NCBI RefSeq assembly: GCF_006345805.1
Contig: NC_042997.1
Location: forward strand, 11,036,001-11,100,000
Reading direction: 5' to 3'
From: Octopus sinensis
Taxonomy: Eukaryota
Length of the DNA: 64,000 bases
Each line of letters starts with the position of its first letter. Within the stretch, counting starts at the first letter, position 1. The translations under genes and the position numbers were made by a program. The notes under the pieces were generated by a model. That model saw only the letters and a list, made by a program, of their open reading frames with translations, searched no databases and had not been told where the DNA came from. Of the stretch, positions 1 through 12,445 are shown piece by piece.

Positions 1-1058
1 AAAGGTGAATTAGTATACTTGGATCAATTTATCAGTTCAAGTTATTTCTCCCTAAAGAGAATTGTAAAGAGGTCATCAAATCTTGTGAAATTAAATCTGG
101 ATGTAATAAATCATTGTTTGCACAGTGAACAGCATGAATGGAAATGATGATTTCCAGCAGATTTGAACACAAATATGCAAATCATGGATCTGTAAGATCT
201 TGAAGAAAGTTTTAGTGAAGGAGCTGTGCAGTTTGCAAAACTGCATAAAATGATATTGCATTAAACACGGTAACGGGCATTTCCTTGGAGTTTTGTTTTA
301 TAAACATAGTTAATGCCTTATACATCTATTTGTCACCCAACTGCAGTAGATAATATTCGTTTCCAAGCTAAAAAAAATTATTAAAAAAGAACTAAAGAGC
401 ACCATGACTCTAAACAGATTGAACAATTCCAGTGAAATTAACTTCTGTGTGAAATAGACATTTACAGTACCATCAACACATCTGTTTGTGTTAATTATGC
501 AACTTTAAATTGTACTTTACTCTGCAAATAAAAGATTTATGTATTTATGTATATTTTTAATTTAGGACTCCTTTGTAATATATGCTATGGTTCTGTGCTA
601 CATTAATCCATCCCAACACCAAGTAGTTCCATATGATTCTAGCTGCTTCAAAGTAAACATTTTCTGCTTATTCAACACTTGGATGAGTCTCACATCATCC
701 CATCACATGTCGTTTAACACCCACATAAACAGAGAAAAGCTACTAATCTTCATTGTTGTCAATGTCTTTCTATCAACAACACATTACAGTATCGAAAAGG
801 TACATTTCATCATGCCCCATGGAACTAGAGAGCTTGTCTGCAACAATCTAAAGAATCCCTTTCATCCTGTATCAGTTTTTATTCAGAATTACTACATCCT
901 CAGATAGGATGTCTGTGGAGTTCATGTCTGTTCAATTCAGATTTTTTTTTATTTGTACACTTGGGATGAAGAGAAGAATTTTTTCATAATCTTAAAATAA
1001 CACTTTAATCTTTTTTGTATGTCATAGAATAGTCAGTCCTCTGTTCTCAAGAAGAATA

Positions 1059-1098
<40 letters not shown>

Positions 1099-1308
1099 AC
1101 AGAATGGGTGTTCTTATTTCAGGGAAAACTCATCCAAAGTTAAACATTTAAGCTGTTAAGTGACAGAAAAGTATTTGCTAAAAGCTTTATCTGTTGACTC
1201 ATTAATTGGTGAAAGAAATCAAGCTTAATTATTATGAAAATAGAAAATAAGAAAAAGAAAGTTGATGAATAGTAAATAAAGTTCTCTGCTTCTTTTTCTC
1301 TTTCACAG

Positions 1309-1515
1309 ACATAAGCAAATGTTCATTTAAAGAAAACAACATAAGAATACTGAAGTAAATATTTTCACGCTATTTTAAATCTCTTCTTAAAATAATGATT
1401 TCTTAGGATTAAGGGTTATTTTTGAAATGGATAATTAAAATAATTACTTTAACCAATCCAAGTATTTTACAGGTATTATTTTAAAACAAAGACAGTAGAT
1501 AGCAAAGCTTCTTAA
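1309..1515 (+). CDS. Possible last two small exons (1309-1354, 1473-1515) of a plus-strand gene entering from the left
   Basis: Strong pyrimidine tract ttctttttctctttcacag|, donor gtaaat, second acceptor ttttacag|. Phases join to ISKCSFKENNIRILKYYFKTKTVDSKAS*. No homology recognised. Confidence 0.22.
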
Positions 1516-2539
1516 CTAACCTCTGCTCCTACTTCACTGGAGGAGGATGTATGGTGTTGAAAAACCCGAAACACCCAATGATACCAGGCACATCAATGAA
1601 GATGTGTCCAGATGCATTAGTCATTGATGTATGCACACAATGTAATAGTTCTTAGTAAAAATTATGATTTCTTACATTGGCACACAGCCACACATTTTGG
1701 TGTGCAACATTGAATATTGACTACTAATTGTTTTATCAATTCTGATGAAATAATAGGCAAAGACAATTTGGCAACATTGGAACACAAGCAAATAGCTAAA
1801 TATTCAAGCTGCCAACCACCCCTTCTTCATAATAATAATAATGATGATGATGATATAGATTTTTAACACAAAAGGTTGCAAATTTTGTGGAGGAATATAA
1901 TTGATTATATCATCTTCAGTCCTAAACCAGTATCTATTTTATCCAGAAGGATACAAGGTAAAATTGAATGTAGTAGGGTTTGAACTTAGAACATAAAGAC
2001 ATACATCACAAAGCAAATAACAATGATTTAGAAGAAGCTATAATCTTTAATTCTGAGAAGTTTAGCTGCAAGAAATAACCTAATTCTTTTGTCAATTTAA
2101 TCCTAATCCTCCCTAGTAAAGTGTAATAATATGTTGACAACAACAAAATAATACTCAGGTCTTTCAATTTCAATAGAGTAAGTTTTCATTAAGATAACTT
2201 GAAAGCAGGTGTGAAATGTAAAATATTAATGTATTCCTAAATTTTCAAAATATATGTTAGGGCATTTCCATTCGATCATAATATAAATAATTTTTTATAT
2301 ACCAGACATTTGAGGATATTAGTAATATATAATCACTTAATATCCTAAATTGAAGCTATATTATGTCAATAGCTTCTTCCTATAATGCTATAATCTCAAT
2401 TTATCAAGATTATTATAATAGCTAATATCCTTCACAAAACATATCTTACATATTTAAGTTTTTCCATTTTCACCAGGTCTAAAACTATTTTCTCTTCTAA
2501 GTTATTAGTCTAGAATCAATCTACTTTATATCATGTTAA

Positions 2540-2743
2540 ATCTTTAGCATTCAGATAACTGTCAAAAGTAATAGTTATATATTCATACTGTTTTGAATTA
2601 ATCCTGCATTAGCTTGTAACTTTGAGATTTTAATGATGCAATTGTTTATTTTTAGAATGACAGATGTGAAAGACTGGATCTGGGCAGTTTGAATATAAAA
2701 CAGTGTATTTAGACTCAATATGACTAATTTAAATGCTAAAAGG
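2540..2743. mobile_element. TTAA-flanked (piggyBac-type) MITE; relatives at 19811-19985 and 31897-32114
   Basis: Three mutually similar copies of about 200 bp bounded by TTAA (right end missing in the 19811 copy). Confidence 0.65.
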
Positions 2744-3284
2744 TTAAGTTATCTATTGCTGATATCCAATCACTAACTTACAGTTTTCAGTTTACATTTC
2801 AGTGGTTCTCACTCAATGTTTCACTCAGCTCCATAGTACTTTCAACAGGCCCCAATCTCATTCTAACTATCAGACTGCAAGATACAATATGGGAAATACT
2901 TGTTTCTAGTTTAGGTACAAAACTAGCAATTTTGAAGAGAGGGATGATTGATTACATTGATCTCAGATCAAGACTGATACTTTAGTTTATCACCTTTAAA
3001 GGGATGAAAAGAAAAATTGACTTCAATGGGATTTAAATTCAGTATGCAAAGAGACAGAACAAATACCACAAGGTTTTTTAATGCTCTAACTATATGGAAA
3101 ATATAGAGAGTCTGCCTTTTACACAGATAAACCCTTTGTTTTCAAACAGGCAATAACTCCCTGAACTTCTTCCAGATCTTCCTTATTTTAGCTACATTTT
3201 TTTCATTACAGTCACTTCCAGCACTAATTAGATAACCTAGAGGAGAGAAACTATCAACATTTAGCTAACCATCAAAGTAGTTAA

Positions 3285-3323
3285 CCTATTGAAAAGGTTG
3301 CAAGACGCAACGAAAATTATAGG
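3285..3323 (+). ncRNA. Minimal type I hammerhead ribozyme, U3:A8 core variant
   Basis: CCTA-TTGAAAA-G-GTTGC-AAGAC-GCAAC-GAAA-AT-T-A-TAGG: stem I CCTA/TAGG, stem II GTTGC/GCAAC, palindromic AATT stem III, UUA cleavage triplet. Confidence 0.65.
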
Positions 3324-3497
3324 AAAATAAAAATAAGGAATAAGTGGAAATTTTACCGGTGAGTGTGTTAAATTATAAGGCACAAAAAGAAAATGACTCT
3401 CCCCAGACACAACAGAATATGCTTCAACACACGAACTCACATAAAGAATCTTGCAAACCAAATCCAAAAATGAAATATATGGAAAATAATAGCACAA
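3285..3497 (+). mobile_element. Family A small element (Penelope pLTR-like) starting with an intact minimal hammerhead
   Basis: Same family recurs at 46676-46850; hammerhead parse at 3285-3323. Confidence 0.7.
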
Positions 3498-4426
3498 TAA
3501 TTATTTTTAATGATCATTAAATTCATAATTTATTAAAGTGAAATACATACTATGACTTCATACTTTGTAACCATTAATCTAGTCAATATTACATACCATC
3601 TCATTAGTGAAATTTAGCATATTGACATCTGACCTTGATAATTCTCAAATCTTCTTTCAACTTCCTCTGCATGGATACCCTTCACTGACACCACATCCAA
3701 TTTTACTATCTATCTTTATCAGAATATAATCATATTTCTCTTGCTGATATCACCTGATACTTTAAGTGCACAGCTGCCCTCAGATCACTTGTACTATGCT
3801 TTTTATATAGGTTAATATTCAATATATCAAGTTTACCATATTTAGATCCAATTACCACTATTTCCAACATTTAATGCCCATTAAGAAAATCTAAATGTGC
3901 TCAATCATACTTGCTACACATGCTTCATGTAGTCTGCCTTTTACACAGATAAACCCTTTGTTTTCAAACAGGCAATAAACTCCCTGAACTTCTTCCAGAC
4001 CTTCCTTACTTTAGCTACATTTTTTTCATTACAGTCACCTCCAGCACTAATTAGATAACCTAGAGGAGAGAAACTATCAACATTTAGCTAACCATCAAAG
4101 TAGTTAACGAACTTTATTTCATGAGTACTTTTACTGCTAACCAGTCTATCTAACACATCTGAAACCCTGATACTCTGCTAAACTTACGAATTCCAGGACA
4201 TCTTTTATGCATGCATTATTTGCACTTTGAGGACAAAGTATTAAGCTATTTTCTCTGTTTCCACATATTGTGCAAGACCACTTCAAAGATGAAACAATGT
4301 ATTGTGTTCTCCATAACTAACAAACACTTCAATCTTTACAGCATAGACTTTTAGGCCCTAAAACTTTACACTATTCTTTCAAATTTGAAATGCTTTTGAA
4401 ACTCAAAAAATTCTGTTGTAAGAACA

Positions 4427-4954
4427 GACCCATATTGGAGTACGGGATTCAAGCCTCTTCTCTTTATCTCCTCAAAGACACACAGCATCTCGAAAGAGTC
4501 CAGAAGCTGGCTACCCGCATGGTTCTTGGTCTCAAGCATTTGTCTTATGAAGAAAGGCTGAAGACGTTCGACCTTTATTCTCTAGAAACACGACAACGCC
4601 GTGATGATCTCATTCTTGCTCACATCATAAGCGGAAAGTGTAACCTCTCGAAAGAGCTGTTCTTCACTCCTGCTCCAGAGCGTCGGCTGCGGAGTCACTC
4701 CGAAAAGCTCTATCTGCGACGATTTCATCTCAATTGAAGGAGAGGGGCTTTCTCTGTCCGGGTTGCAGATCTGTGGAATAAGCTGCCAAAAGAGATAGTG
4801 AAGATGCCGACGACCGCTCGGTTCAAAGTCTCCCTTGACCACAAGTGGCCTGAACTCTTTACATGAATGCCACCCTGTACATAACTCCATGTCCCCCTAC
4901 ATGGCCTTGCTTTTTGCTTTTTGAGCCAAAAAATTAACTAACTAACTAACTAAC
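4427..4954 (+). mobile_element. CR1/L2-group LINE 3' end with (TAAC)n tail and 8-bp target duplication
   Basis: RPILEYG...LERVQKLATRMV.GLKHLSYEERLK...RRDDLI...RGAFSVRVADLWNKLP; TAAGAACA at 4419-4426 and 4955-4962. Confidence 0.9.
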
Positions 4955-5261
4955 TAAGAACACATAATCAATATGGAGCAAAGCAAACCAATCCTGTATT
5001 TTAGCCTCAGTAACTTTATAAATAGAAGCAAGAATATGTTGGTTTTGATGTCATTTGTAAGATAACTGCATTGATCATAGTTAATCTCCATAATGTAATC
5101 TCAAAAATATAAACATTTTTTTTAATGTCCACTTTTCCATACTGACATGGATCAGGCGGAACTTACTGAGGCAGATTTTTCTGCAGCTGTCACCTGTCTA
5201 CAACTATCATGCAAATTCAAGACAAGGAGATAGTAACACATATATATATATATATAGGGAC

Positions 5262-5638
5262 AGGAGTGGCTGTTTGCTAAGTAGCTTGCTTACCAACCAC
5301 ATGGTTCCGGGTTCATTCCCACAGCGTGGAACTTTGGGCAAGTGTCTTCAACTATAGCCCTCGGGCCGACCAAAGCCTTGTGAGTGAATTTAGTAGTTGG
5401 AAACTGAAAGAAGCCTGTCGTATATATGTATATATATGTGTAAGTATGTGTTTGTCCCCCCAACATCACTTGAAAACCGATGCTGGTGTGTTTCCGTCCC
5501 AGTAACTTAGCGGTTCGGCAAAAGAGACCAATAGAATAAGTACTAGGCTTACAAAGAATAAGTCCTGGGGTTGATTTGCTCGACTAAAGGCGGTGCTCCA
5601 GCATGGCCACAGTCAAATGACTGAAACAAGTAAAAGAA
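5262..5638 (+). mobile_element. tRNA-derived SINE family S1; other copies 42476-42898(-), 55395-55745(-), 57145-57534(-), 58281-58688(+), diverged 22285-22560(+), 23085-23295(+), head only 31215-31296(+)
   Basis: A/B-box-like head (GGTTCCGGGTTCAGTCCC), internal TA/TG microsatellite, tail ...GACTGAAACAAGTAAAAGA, repeated many times. Confidence 0.85.
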
Positions 5639-5696
5639 TAATATATATATCATCAGCACACTCCAAAGGATAAACCAGTAATGTATTTACATGCAG

Positions 5697-5823
5697 TTAA
5701 ATATGTTTGGTCATAAAGTGACCAATAGTTTCACATCCATAAAGCTAAGGGGTTCACATCCATAAACCCCTTAGCTTTATGGATGTAAAACCATTGGTCA
5801 CTCTATGACCAGACATATATTTA
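5697..5823. repeat. Family E: foldback with about 57-bp arms containing the 3' half of a hammerhead
   Basis: ACATCCATAAA/TTTATGGATGT stem, then (G/A)AAA-CC-ATT-GG-TC. The CUGANGA strand is absent. Confidence 0.6.
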
Positions 5824-5828
5824 ATTAC

Positions 5829-6970
5829 AGAAAATAGATTCCGTCACATACCAGGGGGAAAAACTAGAAGTAGATGATAGCTTCTGCTACCTAGGCAACC
5901 AAGTCTGTAGTGGGGGTGGATGCTCTGAGAGTAGCTGTTAGAATAAGAATAGTATGGGCAAAGCTCAGAGAGCTTCTACCTCTTCTAGCAACTAAGAGCT
6001 TCTCACTCAGAGTAAAAGGCAGACTGTATGATGCATGTGTGCGAACTGCAATGCTACACAGCAGTGAAACATAGGCCATGATTGCTGAGGACATGCATAG
6101 GCTTGAAAGAAATGAAGCTAGTATGATCTGTTGGATGTGTAATATCAGTATGTATAGAGAAATGTTGGACATAAGAAGTATCAAATGTGGTGTGCAAGAG
6201 AGATGACTGCGCCAGTATGGTCATGTGTTACGTATGGATGAGGACAGCTGCATGAGAAAGTGACACATCCTAACAGTGGGAAAAACCTGTGGAAGAGGTA
6301 GACCCAGGAAGACATGAGATGAGGTGGTGAAGCATGACCCTTGAACGTTGAGCCTCACAGAGGCAATGACAAGAGACCAAGACCTTTGGAGATATGCTGT
6401 GATTGAGAAGATCTAGCAAGTAAAGTGAGATTGCAGCCATAGCCAATACTAGTGCTGCATGACTGGCCCATTTAAAAGTACCCTTGAAGAGTCAGATGAT
6501 ATAATATGCTCGAGAAGACCTGTTGAGTCAAGTAAAATTGAAAACATAGCCAAGACCAGTGCCCCCTGCCTGGCTCCCATGCCAGTGGAACGTAAAAAGC
6601 ACCATCCAAAATTGGTCGATGCCAGTGGCCCCTAGCTGGCTCCTGTGCCAGTGGCATGTAAAATGCACCATCTGAACATGGTTGATGCCAGTGCACCCTG
6701 GTTGGCTCCTGTGCCAGTGGCATGTAAGATGCACCATCTGAACGTGGTCGATGCCAGTGCCCTCTGACTGGCTCCCGTGCCAGTGGCACATAAAAAGCAG
6801 CCACTATACTCTTGAGGTGGTTGGCATTAGGAAGGGCATCCAGCTGTAGAAACATTGCCAGATCAAATTGGAGCCTGTTGCAGCCCACTGGCTTGCCAGG
6901 TCTCAGTCAAACCATCCAACCCATGCCAGCATGGAAAGCAGACATTAAATGATGATGATGATAATGATGA
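5829..6970 (+). mobile_element. Older RTE LINE 3' end with the same UTR organisation
   Basis: Colinear with about 10140-11340, with stop codons and CpG decay. Confidence 0.85.
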
Positions 6971-9900
6971 TGATATATTATATATATATATATGTGATGG
7001 GTTTCAATTTCTGCTTACCAAATCTACTCACAATGCTTTGGTCAGTCAGCCCAGGACTATAGTAGAAGATAGTTGCTCAAAGTGCTACACAGTGGGACTG
7101 AACTCAAAATCATGAGGTTGGGAAGCAAACTTCTTATTTCTTTATTGCCCACAAGGGGCTAAACATAGAGGGGACAGACAAAGGAATTAAGTCGATTACA
7201 TCGACCCCAGTGCATAGCTGGTACTTAATTTATTGACCCCAAAAGGATGAAAGACGGAATTTGAACTCAGAACGTAACAGCAGACGAAACACCACTAAGC
7301 ATTTTGTCCAGCGTGTTAACGTTTCTGCCAGCTCACCGCCTTGGGGACCAAACTTCTTACCACACAATCACCCTTGCACCTAAACAAACACACGCACACA
7401 TCATTTGTATAAAGCAAAACACTTAAGTGCAAGTTACTCATCAGTAGGGAGAGCATAGTGTTGCTAGACTGTTTCTGTGATGCCTAGTAGTAGTGTGTGT
7501 CTTGGTGTTGTTAATAAAGACTAAGTTGTTATTTTTGAACTTGTAGATGTTTCCCTGACCTCAGTTCATGGAAGAAATGAAATACACATGTGTACACAAA
7601 AGCTTATCAATGAGTGATGAGTGGCATGACCTGTATAACAGTATGTACCAATATAAATAACAGGGGAAAGGTTATTAATTCTTAACAAATCAATTTTAAA
7701 AGTCAAAAACCTAGTCCCATAATCATTCTGTTACAGAACAGATGAATTATAAAGGAAATTAAAATTTTCTCCCTTAAATTTAAGAATTCTTCACATCCTT
7801 CAAAATGAATGTAAACAAGGTTAGTACAATTTTTGTGATATTGTGTATTCCAAGATTGGTTGGGTAATACAGTACTGTGCAGTGCAGGAAGTTGAGAGAA
7901 GTTAATATAGAGAAGAAAAAGCATAGAAGGTATAACTGAGTCCTGAAACCGGCCAGACTTCATAGAACACACTTTGATTGAGCGGTCTAACAGAAAACTT
8001 TCAGTTCAAGTAAGCTCAGAGAAATAAAGCTCACAAAGTTACTAGAAGGTCCTCACATCGGACAATAGACAATGGTGTTAATAGTAACAATGTTGCTTTC
8101 AACAAAATCTTCAAAATTGAGAGATCACTAGTGATGGATATCCTAGGAGTGTGTGAATATACTCAACCATTAAACACAAAACTATATATGACCTAACCGT
8201 GATTGTTAATGTACTAAACAATATGTATGGACAATTATAAATACACATTGAGGTAAAAATAATATTTGTAAATGACACTGTGAGACTTTGACAAATGTAA
8301 AAATTATAAATTTTCCATGAACAGAAAAATGCCCCTTTTTTGTCTATGAAAGAGTTACTTACTATAATTTGTTGATATTTATTAAAATCTCACAATGTCA
8401 GTTAAAAATATTATGCTTACCTTAATGCATATTAATCATCTGATTCTGGTTCTCATTCTTATATCACAAATAATGAGCATTTTTACCTTTTGTTAAACAG
8501 TGTTTCAGCATAGTGGTTTAGTAAGTTGTATAGCCTGTTAAGCTGTTCAGGTGTCTAGTCAAAAGTGCCAATAACATCAGGCTATTACACAGTTCTATAT
8601 AATTGGTGGCATTAGGTTAATTACCCATGATTCATATTATTTATCAAAATCTATGTAGAATAATTAAACATTTAGTATTTGGGTATTATTTACACTAGTA
8701 TGAAATGAAGAAGTTATATGATTATTAAAATTGTTTATTTGGAATTAATTACAATCAAAGCTCAACATTTGAATCTTAGCAACCTTAATGTAAGCTTTAG
8801 GGCAGTGATGGAGAGAAATGGTAAAATACTAGATTAAATGTCTAACACTATTTAGTTTCATTTCAACTATTTAAATTGTGAGTTCAAATTTTAGTAAAAT
8901 TGATGACACTATTATACCAAGCGAAATGACTAGCAAAGCTAAAAAATTTCTGTATTTTAACCACTCATTATTCATTTATCTAACTCGTAATACTAACATG
9001 CTGTACTTTGATTTAAAATAACTTATAATGGAATGGAAGGTTTATGATACCTGTGGAGTATCTCCTTTTCCCATCATAATTATTTTTGTAGCTTCAAGGA
9101 TCTAGAACACAAAGAAGTTCACAAGCAGAGTACAGTAGCATGTAAAAAAGCATCTTTCAAGTGTTAAGCCCCAAGGAGGCAAAGTGGATGACGGCAGCGG
9201 TATGTAAAAAGCTCCTTTCGAGTGTAGGGCCTTGCGGAGGCAATGACCGAGACCTTCGGCATTGTCATGCTTGAGAAGACCCATCAAGCCAAATAAAATC
9301 ATAGTCATGGCAGATACTGGTGTCACATAAAAGTACCCATTACACTCTCAGAGTGGTTGGCATTATTAAGGGCATCCAGCCATAAAAACCATGCAAAATC
9401 TGACTAGAGGCTGGTGCAACCTTCCAGCTTGCCAGCCCTGGTCAAACCATCCAAACCATGCCAGTATGGACAACAGACACTAAATGATGATGATCTTAAT
9501 TTATATTTTCCACTCAGCCAATAAAAGAAATACCATTATTATGCCATGGTGGCTTCCCTTTTTCACATATCACTTCTCCTTAGATAGAACTAAAATTGTG
9601 CCTGGTAAAAAAAAATCAGAATCAATACTGTTCCATTCTAACTGAATAGCATTAATATGGTGGACAAGAAAAGTATCAGAAATACTTTAAAGTATTTTAG
9701 AGAGGAAATTACTGAGAGATGTCATCTGCCTGAGTGTGAAGATTATCAACAACAAATTTGAAGAAAATACAAGTGAAATCATACAAGTACCCTGCACTGA
9801 ATGCCCTGTTTCTTACAGCAGAAACACTATAAGCTAATAAAGTTGATTACGTAATTCTTGTTACATTGTCATTCAGTTAATACACACACACACACACACA

Positions 9901-10027
9901 CACACCTGTATTCATCTGATATCACAAGTTAATGAAGTGAATTTGGTAGTGATAAAAACATATTTCAAAGACTACCTCCAGTGCCTCAATAATTGTTAAT
10001 GTAGGTACATCTCTATAAGATGTACCC

Positions 10028-11340
10028 AGTGTAAGCTATGGACACATAAGAGGTGCAGCAATGTCAAAGGTAGGCTAACTGGGAAGATAGTTTTTGTATG
10101 TGGCAGATGCTCGGGAGCATTGACCTCCGAAAATCTGCAGAAAATAACTTCCGTCACTTTCCAGGGAGAAAAACTAGAAGTAGTTGATAGCTTCCGTTAT
10201 CTAGGTGACCAAGTCAGTAGTGCGGGTGGGTGCGCTGAAAGTGTAACTGCTAGAATAAGAATAGCCTGGGCAAAGTTTAGGGAGCTCTTACCTCTGCTGG
10301 TGACTAAAGGCCTCTCGCTCAGAGTAAAAGGCAGACTGTATGATGCATGTGTACGAACAGCCATGCTACATGGCAGTGAAACATGGGCCGTGACTGCTGA
10401 GGACATGCATAAGCTCGTGAGGAATGAAGCCAGTATGCTCCGATGGATGTGTAATGTCAGTGTACATACTCGACAGAGCGTTAGTACCTTGAGAGAAATG
10501 TTGTACCTAAGAAGCATCAGTTGTGGTGTGCAAGAGAGACGATTGCGCTGGTATGGTCATGTGGCGAGAATGGATGAAGACAGGTGTGTGAGAAAGTGCC
10601 AATCCCTAGCAGTTGAGGGAACCCGTGGAAGAGGTAGACCCAGGAAAACCTGGGACGAGGTGGTGAAGCACGACCTTCAAACATTAGGTCTCACCATGGA
10701 AATGACTAGAGACCGAGACCTATGGAAGTATGCTGTGCGTGAGAAGACCCGACAAGACTAGTGAAGCCATAACCCGTGGCCCCTACCTGGGACGTAGTCA
10801 GTCCACTTGTGCATACCTTCCTCCTTGTGACACTTGTGAAGACCTGTTGAGGCAAGTGAAAATCAAAATCAAATCAAATCAAACCAAATAAAAATAGATG
10901 AACATCAATGGAATTTGTATCCTTGTGGGTGGCACATAAGAAAACCATCCGAACGTGATCGTAGCCAGTACCGCATCGACTGGCCTCCGTGCTGTGGGCA
11001 CGTAACAAACAACATCCGAGCGTGGCCGTTCGCCAGCCTCGTCTGGCACCTAAGAAAACACCATCCGAGTGTGGCCGTCTGCCACTTGTGTCGGTGGCAC
11101 ATAAAAACACCATCCGAGCATGGCCGTCTGCCAGCCTCGTCTGGCACCTGTGTCGGTGGCACATAAAATCACCCACTACACTCTCAGAGTGGTTGGCGTT
11201 AGGAAGGCATCCAGCTGTAGAAACACTGCCAGATCTGACTGGCCTGGTGCAGCCTTCGAGCTTGCCAGACCCCAGTTGAACCGTCCAACCCATGCTAGCA
11301 TGGAAAGCGGACGTTAAACGATGATGATGATGATGATGAT
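10028..11340 (+). mobile_element. RTE-clade LINE 3' end with long 3' UTR (about 60-bp tandem units, conserved core, (GAT)n tail)
   Basis: ORF 10120-10761: VDSFRYLG, ARIRIAWAKFREL, AMLHGSETW, RRLRWYGHVARM, GTRGRGRPRKTW; then tandem units, the core TGGTTGGCGTTAGGAAGGCATCCAGCTGTAGAAA and (GAT)n. Confidence 0.9.
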
Positions 11341-12445
11341 GTAGCTAAGCCCCTGGGCTAGCTATGATCAAGGTTTTTTGTATCATAGATTTATTGTTTA
11401 ATGTATTCCACCCTATTTTAAATCATAAAGCATGAGTTGCAGGAGATTTGGCTGCCATTTCTAGTATGCTGAGTAACTGCACAAAAGCTGGAAGTGTCAT
11501 AATTACAGATTAAAATTGTATTAAGTGGAAAATTAAAAAAAAAACAAACAAGATAATATTAATATACACACACACATTACGACTGAGATAAATAATTAAA
11601 AGAACTGATAAGATTAATTGTACAACATATCTCATTTAGTAAAATTCTGTCTGTGTGTGTGAATCTCAGTACATATTTCTAATCTGTATGATACTACAAA
11701 AGCAAAAAAAAAAAAAACGGAAATCTATCATTGTTTTCCAAAAGTTTTTGTTGTTTCCTTTGTAGCAAATAAAAATTTATATTTGTTATGTCTGATTCTC
11801 AGCCACCTCTAATCTATCATAGTTCTCCAGACCATAACAGAGGAATTTAAAACTGATTGTCCAAGGGAACTCTTCTATGTTGATGACCTTGTTCTTAAAG
11901 ATAAATCTATAGTAGAATTAAAGAAATCTCATGTGTAGAAGCAAGGTATGGAATCAAGGCAAGTTGGCAGAATTGCTAGTACACTAGACAAAATGCTATG
12001 TTTACATTCTGAGTTCAAATTCTTCAGAGGTTGACTTTGCCTTTCATCCTTTCAGGATCAATAAAATAAATATCAGTCAAGCACTGGGGTGGATAAAATT
12101 GACTGGTTCCCTCCCAAGTCTTATTATTAGATTGTCATAATTATTAGAATGCTACACAAAATGGCTCGCAGTATTTGTTCCAGTATTTTACAGCCCGAGT
12201 TTGAATTCTTCTGAGGTCAGCTTTGTTTTCATTACCTCCAGGATTGATAAAATATAGTATCAGCCAAGTCCTAGGGTTGAATTAATCAACCAACCCAACA
12301 GTTTTTTTTCCTAAGATTAACATACAAGAAGGAAGTTTCTTTGGTTTCTATTACCAGCACGGAACTTCAGAACAACTGGATATTTATCCCATTGCCTTAG
12401 AGTACAGAAAAGGATTATTTCAAACATTCTTTTACAACTATTATA

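Larger units (their letters stand above)
3109..4108 (+). repeat. About 177-bp near-identical direct repeat (3109-3285 and 3931-4108) of an old RTE fragment plus flank
   Basis: Only a few differences between copies; the minus strand encodes decayed ISAGGDC...VRKVWKKFREF...KGLS. Confidence 0.9.

Noticed and set aside
1-960. Possible decayed hAT transposase words (VINHCLH) and the 106-aa ORF at 587-907
   Set aside because: Too short or too interrupted to support a call; no family motif confirmed.
2780-2874. Minus-strand exon candidate with strong acceptor and GTAAGT donor
   Set aside because: All three frames contain a stop and no homology was recognised; cannot be tied to the 24780 gene without RNA data.
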